From the NCBI GenBank assembly GCA_035295625.1, contig DATGIS010000105.1, positions 8,074-72,073 of the forward strand: DNA of 64,000 bases, read 5' to 3'. The translations under genes and the position numbers were made by a program. Within the stretch, counting starts at the first letter, position 1, and the number at the start of each line of letters is the position of its first letter. Below the pieces are notes generated by a model. The model saw only the letters and a list, made by a program, of their open reading frames with translations, ran no database searches and was not told the origin of the DNA. Shown here piece after piece: positions 29,011 to 39,112 of the stretch. Source of the stretch: Candidatus Acidiferrum sp. (lineage in GTDB: Bacteria > Acidobacteriota > Terriglobia > Acidiferrales > UBA7541).

Positions 29011-30957
29011 GTGTGCGGAATCTGCGGCGTCGTGTACGTCACGCGAAGCACGGAAGCGGAAGCTCGCGTGCGCACGATGACCAAGGCGATGATTCACCGT
29101 GGGCCAGATGAAGAAGGATTTCTGGTGAACGACGCGCGAGCGCCCGGACTGGCGCTCGGCATGCGGCGGTTGAGCATTATAGATCTGGCGGGCGGGCAAC
29201 AACCCATCTGGAATGAAAGCCACGATATCGCCGTGATGATGAACGGCGAGCTTTACAACTACGGTGAAATAAAAGAACGGCTGCAACGGCTAGGACACAA
29301 ATTCAAGACACAATCGGATACGGAGACTCTCGTCCACGGGTGGGAAGAATGGGGCGATGAACTGCTGGCGGAAGTGCGCGGAATGTACGCGCTGGCGATT
29401 GTGGACTTCCGCAAACACTACACGTCCGGGCCGGTATTGTTTCTGGCGCGCGATCCGCTTGGCATCAAACCGCTTTATTACACGCAGGGGCCGGATGGCT
29501 TTGCGTTTGCATCGGAAGTGCGTGCGTTGCAGGCGAAAGTGAAGATTTCGCAGGACGCGGTGACCTCGTATTTGTTGTTTGGGAGCGTGAGCGAGCCGGT
29601 GACAATGCTCGAAGGCGTGTTCTCGCTGCCACCAGGCCATCGTATGCAAGTCTATGTGCCGGACCGACGGAAAATTCCGCGGACGCATCCGTGGTGGGAC
29701 CCAAGGCGAAGTCCGGCGGGACGGGATCCCAAAAAACCGGCGACCTATATGGAGGCGGTGAAACGAATCCGGCCCATGCTGGAAGACGCAGTGCGGGCGC
29801 ACTTGATTGCAGACGTGCCGGTGGGGCTTTTCCTCTCAAGCGGATTGGATTCGGGTGCGATTGCCGCACTTGCGGCTCGGGAGCATCCGGGGATTCAAAG
29901 CTTTACGCTGGCGTTTCCAGGCACCGAGTACGACGAATCGGATCTGACGCGTCAAGTTGCGGCGCGTTGCGGAACGCAGCACAAAGAGGTGCCGCTTGGA
30001 GGCGACGCGGTTACGGACCGCCTGGACGAAGTTCTAAACGCACTGGACCAGCCGAGCATGGATGGAGCGAATACGTATTTTGTTTCGTGGGCGGCGCGCG
30101 AAGTTGGATTGAAGGTGGCGCTTTCTGGACTGGGCGGCGATGAATTGTTTGCAGGCTATCCGACTTTTTCGAGCACGCCAAAGCTCGGGCGGCTGGCCGC
30201 GATTGCAACGCTCTTGCCTGGGGCTGTCCGGCGGCTTACGCAGGGAGCCGTGCGCGGCATGTTTGGGCTGGGCATGACGGACGACGCAGCGGCGAAAGCG
30301 GCTGCAGCATGGAGCGACGCGGGACGATTGCCGCACGCTTATTTTTTTGCACGAGCGCTTTTCGCGCCGGCCGATTTGACGCGGCTCACGGAGCCACGGT
30401 TCCGGCCAAGCAGCATTGGAGCGGACGGCACGACGCTCGAGCCAACGTGGATGGGATGGCTGCAACGCGCGGCGGACGAGGCGCGGCGAATGGAAAGCAT
30501 CGGCGCGGTAAGTTGGATGGAAATGCGCACTTATATGGCGAGTACGCTGCTGCGCGACACGGACTCTGTGAGCATGGCGCGATCGCTGGAAGTGCGCGTG
30601 CCCCTGCTGGATACGCCCCTTGTGGAATTTGTGTGCGCGCTGCCGGACGAGGCGAGGAGAGTGAAGAACCGGCAGAAAGCACTGCTTGTGGATGCGCTGC
30701 AAGACTTGCTTCCCCCGGAAATCGTTGCGCAAAAAAAGCGGACGTTCACACTACCGTGGGAACAATGGCTGCGCGGACCGCTGAAAGGAAAGTTGGAGGC
30801 GAGTTTCGGTGACATTGCGGCGCCGTTGCGAGAGCATTTGAAGGCCGACGGCGTGAAAAGCGTCTGGCAATCGTTTCTGGGCGGCAAGACGACTTGGTCG
30901 AGGCCATGGGCGATTTTTGTCCTGAACGAATGGTGCCGGCGAAATATTCCCGCCTAA
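29011..30957 (+). CDS. asnB: Asparagine synthase (glutamine-hydrolysing) family amidotransferase
   Basis: N-terminal CGICG, HRGPD, RRLSIIDL, NGELYN, LSSGLDS, SGLGGDELFAGY, SLEVRVP. Confidence 0.9.
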   Translation: MCGICGVVYVTRSTEAEARVRTMTKAMIHRGPDEEGFLVNDARAPGLALGMRRLSIIDLAGGQQPIWNESHDIAVMMNGELYNYGEIKERLQRLGHKFKTQSDTETLVHGWEEWGDELLAEVRGMYALAIVDFRKHYTSGPVLFLARDPLGIKPLYYTQGPDGFAFASEVRALQAKVKISQDAVTSYLLFGSVSEPVTMLEGVFSLPPGHRMQVYVPDRRKIPRTHPWWDPRRSPAGRDPKKPATYMEAVKRIRPMLEDAVRAHLIADVPVGLFLSSGLDSGAIAALAAREHPGIQSFTLAFPGTEYDESDLTRQVAARCGTQHKEVPLGGDAVTDRLDEVLNALDQPSMDGANTYFVSWAAREVGLKVALSGLGGDELFAGYPTFSSTPKLGRLAAIATLLPGAVRRLTQGAVRGMFGLGMTDDAAAKAAAAWSDAGRLPHAYFFARALFAPADLTRLTEPRFRPSSIGADGTTLEPTWMGWLQRAADEARRMESIGAVSWMEMRTYMASTLLRDTDSVSMARSLEVRVPLLDTPLVEFVCALPDEARRVKNRQKALLVDALQDLLPPEIVAQKKRTFTLPWEQWLRGPLKGKLEASFGDIAAPLREHLKADGVKSVWQSFLGGKTTWSRPWAIFVLNEWCRRNIPA

Positions 30958-31003
30958 TGCAGCGAATCCCGGCGCGCGCTGCGGTACACTAAATTTTTGC
31001 GAC

Positions 31004-32740
31004 ATGAACATCCTTGGAATTAACGCGTATCACGGAAACGCATCGGCTGCGATTGTGTGCGATGGGCGATTGATTGCGGCGGTGGAAGAAGAGCGGTTCA
31101 ATCGCGTGAAATACGCGGCGGGATTTCCCTCGGCGGCAATCCGATACTGCCTGAAAGAGGCCGGGCTGACACTGGCGGATGTGGATCACGTGGCGGTGCC
31201 GCGCAATCCGTACGCACGACTGGGAACGAAATTGTTTTATGCAGCGCGGATGCCGTCCTTTGCGCGCGAACGAATGAAGGTGCTGGCGAAGTTCACCGGG
31301 ATTCGAGAAGCGCTGGCGGCGGCCTTCGATGCAGACCCGGAAACTCTGAAGACGAAATTCCATCGTGTGGAACATCATGTGGCGCATCTGGCGAGTTCAT
31401 TTTATTGCTCGCCGTTTGAACAGGCGGCTCTTTTGTCCGCGGACGGACTGGGAGACTTTGCAAGTTCGATGTGGGGCGCAGGTTTCGGGCCGCGGATGAA
31501 CGTGCACGGCTCGATCACATTTCCTCATTCGCTAGGGCTTTACTACAGCGCGATCACGCAGTATCTCGGTTTTTTGAAATTCGGCGACGAATACAAGGTG
31601 ATGGGGCTCGGCGCCTACGGCGAGCCGGAATTTCTCGAAGAGTTCAGGGAAATTGTGACGACGAATGGGGCGGGATTCGCGCTGGCGCTGAAATATTTTA
31701 CTCATCATCGTACCGGTCCGGAGATGAGTTGGGCAGAGGCGGACAAGACGCCGGTGTTGGGGAGATTGTTCTCGGAAGAATTGCCGAGACATTTGGGAGC
31801 AGCCCGCCAACCGGAACAGGCTATCGAGCAACGACACAAGAATCTGGCATCGTCGCTGCAGGCGCGGCTGGAAGAAGTGTATCTGGGAATGTTGCGGCAC
31901 CTGGCAGAGCAAACGCAGATGAAATCGGTGTGTTTAGCGGGTGGCGTGGCATTCAACTGCGTGGCGAACGGAAAGATTTTGAAGCAGACGCCGTTTGAAA
32001 ACGTCTATGTGCATCCGGCAGCGGGAGACGCGGGGCTGGCAGTCGGTGCTGCGTTTTACGTGTGGCATCAAGTATTTGGGAAACCGCGGTCGTTCGTGAT
32101 GGAACACGCGTACTGGGGACCGGGGTTTTCGACGAAAGAGATCGGTACGGCGATTGATGCGGCCAAATTGATGTCGGACGGATATTCGATCGCACAGCTT
32201 GACGAAGAGCAGCTGGTGCAGCGGACTGCGAACATCATAGGGGAAGGAAAAATTCTTGGCTGGTTTCAGGGGCGTGCGGAATGGGGACCGCGCGCGCTCG
32301 GAAATCGGAGCATCGTGGCGGATCCACGGCGCGCCGAGATGAAAGAGATTTTGAACCGGCGGATCAAACATCGCGAGATATTTCGGCCGTTTGCGCCGTC
32401 GATTTTGGCGGAGGCGACGGGAGAATGGTTCGAAGAGTCGCACGCTTCGCCGTTTATGACGATGGCGTATTCGGTACGGCCGGAAAAGCGAGACAAAATT
32501 CCGGCGCCGACGCACGTCGATGGAACGGGACGGCTACAAACGGTGACGAAGACAGCAAACCCCCGCTACTGGAAATTGATCAAGGAAGTCGAGCGGCAGA
32601 CCGATGTGCCGGTGGTGCTGAATACTTCCTTCAACGACAACGAGCCGATTGTGTGCAGGCCGGCCGAAGCGATCGATTGTTTTTTGAGGACCCAGATGGA
32701 TGCGCTGGTGCTTGGGGATTTTCTGATTACGAAATCGTGA
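31004..32740 (+). CDS. O-carbamoyltransferase (NodU/CmcH family)
   Basis: EEERFNRVK, VEHHVAH, EYKVMGL, GGVAFNCVAN, EWGPRALGNRS, FRPFAP, HVDGTGR, LNTSFN. Confidence 0.93.
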   Translation: MNILGINAYHGNASAAIVCDGRLIAAVEEERFNRVKYAAGFPSAAIRYCLKEAGLTLADVDHVAVPRNPYARLGTKLFYAARMPSFARERMKVLAKFTGIREALAAAFDADPETLKTKFHRVEHHVAHLASSFYCSPFEQAALLSADGLGDFASSMWGAGFGPRMNVHGSITFPHSLGLYYSAITQYLGFLKFGDEYKVMGLGAYGEPEFLEEFREIVTTNGAGFALALKYFTHHRTGPEMSWAEADKTPVLGRLFSEELPRHLGAARQPEQAIEQRHKNLASSLQARLEEVYLGMLRHLAEQTQMKSVCLAGGVAFNCVANGKILKQTPFENVYVHPAAGDAGLAVGAAFYVWHQVFGKPRSFVMEHAYWGPGFSTKEIGTAIDAAKLMSDGYSIAQLDEEQLVQRTANIIGEGKILGWFQGRAEWGPRALGNRSIVADPRRAEMKEILNRRIKHREIFRPFAPSILAEATGEWFEESHASPFMTMAYSVRPEKRDKIPAPTHVDGTGRLQTVTKTANPRYWKLIKEVERQTDVPVVLNTSFNDNEPIVCRPAEAIDCFLRTQMDALVLGDFLITKS

Positions 32741-32777
32741 AGATCGTTCGCATGGATGCACGAAGAGAAGCGGCGGC

Positions 32778-33992
32778 ATGAGGATTCTGCTGCTGAATCT
32801 TTATTTCCCGCCCGATAGCTCGGCGACAGCGAAGATGGCCCAGATGGTCGTAGGTGAGTTATCTAAAGAGCGTGACGTGACGATCGTTTGCGGACGGCCA
32901 TCGTACGACCCGACGGAGCGTCGCGCGTGGCGGCCATGGCAGACGGAAACGAGCGGGCGGACGAGGATAATTCGAGTTGGCTCGACCGCGTATCCGCGTT
33001 TCAATATGAAAATGCGGGTGTTGAATTATTTGAGCTACGTTGTACTAGCTGTGATCCGGGGATTGTTCGTGCGATGCGACGTTGTGCTGGCGATGACCGA
33101 TCCGCCGTTCGAAGGAATTGTCGGCGCGTTTGCGGCGATGCTGAAGCGCAAGCCTTTTCTTTATAACATTCGCGATATGTATCCGGACATGGCGGTGGGT
33201 GGGTCCATCGTGAAACCGGGACTGCTCGCGCGAATTTGGGAACAATTGCATCGGTGGGCGTTGCGGCGGGCGGCTTGCGTGATTGTTCTGGGCGAGGACA
33301 TGAAGCAACGGATCGTCGCTAAAGGAATTGACGCGGCGAAATTGGAAATCGTCCGCGACGGAGCGGAGATTCCTGCGGAAGGTGCATCTTTGCCGGCTCT
33401 CGATGAAGAGGTGATTCGAAAGATTCGGGGAGAGTTTCGTTTTGTTTTACTGCATGCGGGAAATCTTGGATTTTACGGAGCGTGGAGCACGTTGCTGCGA
33501 GCGGCAGAGGAATTGGCGAGCGAGGGCGTCGGATTCGTGTTTGTCGGCGAAGGCGCACAACTGGAGGCGGTGAAGGCGGAAGCAAGCGGCATTTCGAATG
33601 TGCGGTTCCTGCCGTTTTTTCCGGGCAGCAAGATTCCCTCTGTGTTGGCGGCGGCGGATGCGCATTTGATCACAATAAAACGCGGCCTCGAAGGTGTTGT
33701 TGTCCCGAGCAAAATGTACGGAATTCTCGCAGCGGGAAAACCGATTGTCGCCGTCGCACCTGTGGAAACGGACGTGGCGAGTCTGGGATTGAAACAGGGC
33801 TTCGGAATCGCCGCGGACCCGGATCAGCCCGGAGATCTAGTGGTTGCTATCCGGGCACTTATCGCCGCTCCCGAACGCGTACGAAAGATGGGCATGGCGG
33901 CGCGAGAAGCGGCGCAAGGCTATGATAGAGTCAAAGAATTGGAAAAATTTGTAGCGATTGCGGGCCGATTTGCGCCCGGAAAAGCAAACTAA
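32778..33992 (+). CDS. Glycosyltransferase family 4 (WbuB/WcaI-like)
   Basis: YFPPD, HAGNLG, VVPSKMYGILAAGKP. Confidence 0.88.
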   Translation: MRILLLNLYFPPDSSATAKMAQMVVGELSKERDVTIVCGRPSYDPTERRAWRPWQTETSGRTRIIRVGSTAYPRFNMKMRVLNYLSYVVLAVIRGLFVRCDVVLAMTDPPFEGIVGAFAAMLKRKPFLYNIRDMYPDMAVGGSIVKPGLLARIWEQLHRWALRRAACVIVLGEDMKQRIVAKGIDAAKLEIVRDGAEIPAEGASLPALDEEVIRKIRGEFRFVLLHAGNLGFYGAWSTLLRAAEELASEGVGFVFVGEGAQLEAVKAEASGISNVRFLPFFPGSKIPSVLAAADAHLITIKRGLEGVVVPSKMYGILAAGKPIVAVAPVETDVASLGLKQGFGIAADPDQPGDLVVAIRALIAAPERVRKMGMAAREAAQGYDRVKELEKFVAIAGRFAPGKAN

Positions 33993-34008
33993 CAAGGCTG
34001 GGGGAAGC

Positions 34009-35040
34009 GTGAAGCCTGCAGACACATTTTGGACAGGAAAACTCGTGCTGGTAACAGGGGGAGCGTCGTTCATTGGATCGACGCTGACCGATCAGCTTCT
34101 GGCGCGTGGGGCAAGAGTGCGCGTGGTCGACGATTTGACGAGCGGTCACCTGGGAAATTTGAAGGAGCCGCTGGCGAAAGGCACCATCGAATTCATCAAA
34201 GCGGATCTGCGCGAGCCGGGAGTTACGCGGGCGGCGATGCAGGGAGTGGACACCGTTTTCCATCTGGCCGCTGACCACGGCGGGCGTGGCTACGTGGATT
34301 TGCATCAGGCGGGGCCCGCGTCCAATTTTTTCCTCGACGGAATTGTTTTTTGGGAGGCGGTCCGAGCAAAAGCGAAGAAAGTTGTTTTCGCGTCGTCGGG
34401 CTGCGTGTATCCGAACTTCATGCAGTCGGACGTGAAAAAGGAACTTTTTTTGACGGAGGACCTGACAAAGGGTCCGAACGACGCGGACAACACGTACGGC
34501 TGGGCTAAGCTCATGGCTGAGTTCACGTTGAGCGCTTACCACAAGGAGCACGGACTGGGCGCGGCGTCTTGCCGCTACTTCACGGTGTATGGACCGCGCG
34601 GTGTCGAGAACCATGCCGTGATCGCGATGATCGCCCGTGCGTTCATCGGGCAGACACCTTTCGAGGTTTGGGGCGACGGCACACAAATTCGGAATTGGAC
34701 CTACATCGACGACATCGTGGAAGGAACGATTCTTGCGGGCGAAAAAATCAGCGACGGAACCGCGATCAATCTGGGCACGATGGAACGCATTCGCGTGCTG
34801 GAAGCGGTAAAAATGGTCTGCGACGTTACCGGCCACAAGGCGGAGATCAAACTGCGCCCGGACATGCCGACGGGGCCACTCAATCGCGTAGCGGACAATT
34901 CCCTTGCGAAAAAGCTGCTCGGCTGGGAGCCAAAGTTTTCGTTCAAAGACGGGTTGAAGAGGACGATTGACTGGTACTTCGCCACGAAGGACAAGGAAGA
35001 AGTGAAGCGCATCTTTGCCAAAATGTTGACGGAGCGCTGA
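34009..35040 (+). CDS. NAD-dependent epimerase, GDP-mannose 3,5-epimerase-like
   Basis: TGGASFIG, HLAADHGGRGY, ASSGCVYP, YGWAKL. Confidence 0.85.
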   Translation: MKPADTFWTGKLVLVTGGASFIGSTLTDQLLARGARVRVVDDLTSGHLGNLKEPLAKGTIEFIKADLREPGVTRAAMQGVDTVFHLAADHGGRGYVDLHQAGPASNFFLDGIVFWEAVRAKAKKVVFASSGCVYPNFMQSDVKKELFLTEDLTKGPNDADNTYGWAKLMAEFTLSAYHKEHGLGAASCRYFTVYGPRGVENHAVIAMIARAFIGQTPFEVWGDGTQIRNWTYIDDIVEGTILAGEKISDGTAINLGTMERIRVLEAVKMVCDVTGHKAEIKLRPDMPTGPLNRVADNSLAKKLLGWEPKFSFKDGLKRTIDWYFATKDKEEVKRIFAKMLTER

Positions 35041-35255
35041 CCGCAACGTCTTGCCGGCAGCCGTGTTAACACCCAAGTAAACTCGGCCAGCGGGCGCAAT
35101 TAGCTATGGCGGGGTGCGGATTTCCGCGCTAACGTATTGGGTTGCTCTATCGCGGTCGCAGTTTGCCTTGGGAGCCGGACCCCAACCCGGCAAATGTGTT
35201 ACGAGGCGGGTTCAACCGACCCCAGCCAGCCACGTGACCGAAACGTTGAGGATGG

Positions 35256-36308
35256 ATGGCAGCAAGTCTAATCGCATTTTTGATTGCGTTGTTTGCGTCG
35301 CTCGTTCTGGCAGTGCCCGTGCGCGCGTTGGCTTTGCGCGTCGGCATGGTGGACCTGCCGGGGCCGCGCAAAGTGCATCTGCAGCCGATTCCACTGCTGG
35401 GCGGACTGGCAATCTATGGCGGCGTGCTGCTGGGCGCTGTTTCTCTTTTCCAAGGTGAGGCTCGGGCGCAAATTGCGGGAATTTTGGCGGGCGCAACGCT
35501 TATCGCGGCTGTCGGAATTCTCGATGATCGTGGACTGCTCCATCATCAGATCAAACTTTTTGTAGGAATGCCCGTTGCAGCGGGAATTCTGTTGCTAAGT
35601 GGAATTCACGCGCAGGTGTTCAGCGTTCTCGTTGGCGGACAAATTGGCAACGTTTTAGACGCGGTGCTTTCGATCGTCTGGGTCGTTGGGATAACGGCAT
35701 CCTTCAGCATCTTGGATCACATGGACGGACTGTGCGCCGGAATCGCCGCGATGTCTTCGATCTTCTTCGCAATGCTCGCCTATTTGAACGGGCAGACCCT
35801 CGTGTCGGTGCTTGCGGCGGCCGTGCTGGGAGCGGCGGCGGGCTTTCTGCGGTGGAACTTCAAGCCGGCAAAAATATTCATGGGCGATGGCGGGGCAATG
35901 TTCCTCGGATTCCTGATGGCAACCTTGGGACTGAAACTGCGGCTCGAGCATTCCAATCATTTCTCGGCGTGGCTTGCGCCCGTACTGGTTCTGGGCGCAA
36001 CGATTTTTGATACGACACTCGTGACAATCTCCCGCAGCAGACGGGGATTTCTGCCATTTGCAACACCCGGGAAGGACCACACCGCGCACCGCCTTGCCAA
36101 TATTGGGTTGGGACAGCGCGGTGCGGTTCTGACGATGTACCTGCTTGGCGCGATTTCAGGGTCGCTGGCGATTTTGGCGAGTTACCTTCCCACGAAGCAG
36201 GCCATTTTGTTGGCGATTTTCGCTGTCGCGGCGACGCTACTTGGCGTCGCGCTCCTGGAGCGAGCGCCGTATGAACGGCAAGTGAAGAAGCCCGTAGCCG
36301 CCGCCTAG
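35256..36308 (+). CDS. WecA/TagO-type polyprenyl-phosphate HexNAc-1-P transferase
   Basis: DLPGPRKVH, GILDD, DHMDGL, NFKPAKIFMGDGG, DHTAHRL. Confidence 0.9.
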   Translation: MAASLIAFLIALFASLVLAVPVRALALRVGMVDLPGPRKVHLQPIPLLGGLAIYGGVLLGAVSLFQGEARAQIAGILAGATLIAAVGILDDRGLLHHQIKLFVGMPVAAGILLLSGIHAQVFSVLVGGQIGNVLDAVLSIVWVVGITASFSILDHMDGLCAGIAAMSSIFFAMLAYLNGQTLVSVLAAAVLGAAAGFLRWNFKPAKIFMGDGGAMFLGFLMATLGLKLRLEHSNHFSAWLAPVLVLGATIFDTTLVTISRSRRGFLPFATPGKDHTAHRLANIGLGQRGAVLTMYLLGAISGSLAILASYLPTKQAILLAIFAVAATLLGVALLERAPYERQVKKPVAAA

Positions 36309-36356
36309 TCAGCGAGAGGACACGCTATCTCGCGCTATTTTCGCTGGCCAACGGGT

Positions 36357-36440
36357 TTGCCGCGCGCAACGTATTCGCTATACTTATCTGCCGCCCGATT
36401 GTGAGCGCAACTGTGCGCGCACAATCCGGGCGGGTTTTTT
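36357..36440 (+). terminator. Promoter-like site immediately followed by a long hairpin and U-tract
   Basis: TTGCCG-N16-TATACT (36357-36384); stem CCGCCCGATTGTGAGCGCA / TGCGCGCACAATCCGGGCGG, then GTTTTTT. Confidence 0.65.
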
Positions 36441-36510
36441 GTAGCCGGAAATAGGGAAGACCACCACAGTGGGGTGTGTGGTCCGAATTATCGGAAAGCG
36501 ACTGGAACGC

Positions 36511-37683
36511 GTGGGAAAAGCGAAACAACCCTCTCCTGCTGGGCAGGAAAACCGGGAAGTGATTGTAGTGGGCGGGTCGGCTGCGGGCCTTTTTGCGGCA
36601 GCAAGGCTTGCGCGCGGCGGTAAAGCGGTACGAGTGCTGGATTCGAAGCCTGAGCTCGATCCGGCGCCGCGCTCGTTGATCGTGACGCATCATTTTCGCA
36701 ATCAGCTCGGCGAGGCGGCTGCCGCCAGCGTCAAGAATGAAATCCGAAGATTTGAACTGTTCACCGACGGCAGGTCTGCGCAGATCGCGCTTCGCAATCC
36801 GGACCTCATCATCGAACGCGCCAAATTGATTCCGGCGCTGGCAGCCGACGCGCAACAACACGGCGCGAACCTGAATTTCGATACGCGATTTTTGGGCCTT
36901 GGCCCGAACGCGCGCGCATTGCGGCTGGAAGTCGAGAGCGGCGGCAAGAAGGAAGAGCTGCATGCGGACCATGTGATCGGCGCAGATGGTGCCACGAGCC
37001 GCGTTGCAAGATCCGCGGGCTGGCCTCCTGTCGAGACCGTTCCTTTGGTTCAAGCGATCGTGAAGCTGCCGAAAGACTGCCCTCCGGACACGACTCGCGT
37101 GTGGTTTGTGCCCGATGACACTCCTTATTTTTACTGGCTGATTCCGGAAAATGAGGAACGCGGCGCACTGGGAATCATTGGCGAGGGCAGCGGACAAGAA
37201 ACGAAGCGGCGCATTGAACAGTTTCTCGAGAAAAAAGGAATGACGGCGCTGGAATGGCAGGGCGCGCGGATTCCGGTTTACAAAAAGTGGGTACCGGTGC
37301 GGCGTCGCATTGGAAACGGCGAAGTTTTTCTGGTTGGCGACGCAGCTGCCCAGGTAAAGGTGTCAACCGTAGGCGGAATTGTTACCGGCTTCCGAGGTGC
37401 GCAGGGCGTGGCAGACGCGTTGCTCGATGAAAACGGCGGCTCCGAATTACGGGTGTTGCGGCGTGAGTTGGGAACACACTGGCTGATTCGCCGCGCCTTG
37501 CACTATTTTCAGCAGAAGGATTATTCGCAATTGGTGGACCTTTTGAACGATTCGACGCGGGAATCGCTCGGGGAGATAAACCGGGATGAATCGACGCGGC
37601 TCCTTTGGAATGTCGTTCGGAGGCAGCCGCGGCTCGTGCTGCTCGGTTTGCGCGGACTGTTGATGGGAAAGCGCGCGCAGTAG
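36511..37683 (+). CDS. FAD-dependent oxidoreductase, geranylgeranyl reductase-like
   Basis: VVGGSAAG, IGADGATSRVA, YWLIP, LVGDAAAQV...GGI. Confidence 0.8.
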   Translation: MGKAKQPSPAGQENREVIVVGGSAAGLFAAARLARGGKAVRVLDSKPELDPAPRSLIVTHHFRNQLGEAAAASVKNEIRRFELFTDGRSAQIALRNPDLIIERAKLIPALAADAQQHGANLNFDTRFLGLGPNARALRLEVESGGKKEELHADHVIGADGATSRVARSAGWPPVETVPLVQAIVKLPKDCPPDTTRVWFVPDDTPYFYWLIPENEERGALGIIGEGSGQETKRRIEQFLEKKGMTALEWQGARIPVYKKWVPVRRRIGNGEVFLVGDAAAQVKVSTVGGIVTGFRGAQGVADALLDENGGSELRVLRRELGTHWLIRRALHYFQQKDYSQLVDLLNDSTRESLGEINRDESTRLLWNVVRRQPRLVLLGLRGLLMGKRAQ

Positions 37684-37760
37684 CCGGAACTTCACCAGCG
37701 GGCCGCGCTGTTCGATAAACTGATTTTGTTCCCAAATTTGAACTTTTGCGGGAGTAAAGC

Positions 37761-39110
37761 TTGCGCTTATCAGTAATCGGATGCGGCTACGTGGGACTCG
37801 TGACAGGAGCCTGCCTCGCGGAGGCGGGCCACGACGTGATGTGCACGGACATTGACCAAGGCCGGATTGCACAACTAAAGGCCGGTGGCGTCCCCATTTA
37901 CGAAGAGCATCTTGACGAAGTCCTGAAGTCCGCGGCCAAGGCGGGCCACATTTCGTACACAGCGGACGCAGGCGAAGCGATCCGGTTTGGCGAAGCGATC
38001 TTCATCTGCGTTGGCACGCCGCCACGGGATGATGGCAGCGCGGACCTTTCTGCAATCGACCACGTGGCGCAACAAATTGCCGCGGAAGCAAAGAGTTCGA
38101 TGCTGGTCGTGGAAAAGAGCACGGTTCCGGCAAAAACAGGCCAGGAACTGAAGCGTGCGCTGGAGGCGTACTCTCGGGGCGGAAGCGTCACGTTCAGCGT
38201 CGTTTCCAATCCGGAGTTTCTGCGGGAAGGTACCGCCGTATACGATTTTTTCCATCCGGATCGGATTGTGGTCGGCGTGGACAATGAAGCTGCTGCCGAG
38301 AAAATGCGCGAGATTTATCGGCCGATTCTGGAACACAAATTTCAATGCCCGCTGCACAAGAACGGTTGTCCGGCCGAGCCGAAAGCGGAGTTCCTCGTCA
38401 CTACGATAAATAGCGCGGAGCTCATCAAACACGCATCGAACTCATTCCTAGCGCTGAAAATCAGCTACGCGAACGTGATCGCGGACCTTTGCGAGAAACT
38501 GGACGGAAACGTCGAGCAAGTGACGCACGCGATGGGGCTCGATCCCCGGATCGGTACACAGTTCCTAAAAGCCGGATTGGGCTTCGGCGGATTTTGTTTC
38601 CCGAAAGACATTCAAGCGTTCATTCAGCTTGCCGGATCGGTTGGCGTGGATTTTCAAATTTTGAAAGCGGCAGAAGCCGTCAACAAAGAGCGGATTGAAA
38701 AGTTCCTCGAGAAAGTGAATAAGGCGCTCTGGGTTGTCAAGGGCAAGAGAATTGCCGTACTCGGGCTTGCGTTCAAAGCAAACACGGATGACATCCGGTT
38801 CGCGCCGGCGATTGATGTGATTCGGCGGCTACTCGAAGAAGGTGCGCAAGTGCACGCGACCGACCCCGAAGCGATGGAAAAAGCCAAGAGAGTCTTGCCC
38901 GGCGTCGCGTTGCACGCCGATCCGTACGAGACGCTCCGAGACGCTCACGCGGCTCTGGTGTGCACCGAGTGGAGCTCCTTCAAGAATCTTGATTGGGAAC
39001 GAGCCGGCAAATTGATGGCCCGCAAGCTGGTCGTGGACGGCCGCAATCTCTATTCGCCCAGAAAAATGGCGGACCTGGGATTTGAATATTTTTCGTTTGG
39101 ACGCGGCTAA
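37761..39110 (+). CDS. ugd: UDP-glucose 6-dehydrogenase
   Basis: GCGYVG, EKSTVP, SNPEFLREG, GFGGFCFPKD, GLAFKANTDDIR; TTG start. Confidence 0.93.
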   Translation: MRLSVIGCGYVGLVTGACLAEAGHDVMCTDIDQGRIAQLKAGGVPIYEEHLDEVLKSAAKAGHISYTADAGEAIRFGEAIFICVGTPPRDDGSADLSAIDHVAQQIAAEAKSSMLVVEKSTVPAKTGQELKRALEAYSRGGSVTFSVVSNPEFLREGTAVYDFFHPDRIVVGVDNEAAAEKMREIYRPILEHKFQCPLHKNGCPAEPKAEFLVTTINSAELIKHASNSFLALKISYANVIADLCEKLDGNVEQVTHAMGLDPRIGTQFLKAGLGFGGFCFPKDIQAFIQLAGSVGVDFQILKAAEAVNKERIEKFLEKVNKALWVVKGKRIAVLGLAFKANTDDIRFAPAIDVIRRLLEEGAQVHATDPEAMEKAKRVLPGVALHADPYETLRDAHAALVCTEWSSFKNLDWERAGKLMARKLVVDGRNLYSPRKMADLGFEYFSFGRG

Positions 39111-39112
39111 GC

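Noticed and set aside
28146-30957. Lasso-peptide cluster (transglutaminase-like B protein plus AsnB-like C protein)
   Set aside because: AsnB keeps its N-terminal catalytic Cys glutaminase, the protease-like protein is membrane-bound, there is no RRE/PqqD or precursor peptide, and the context is glycan synthesis.
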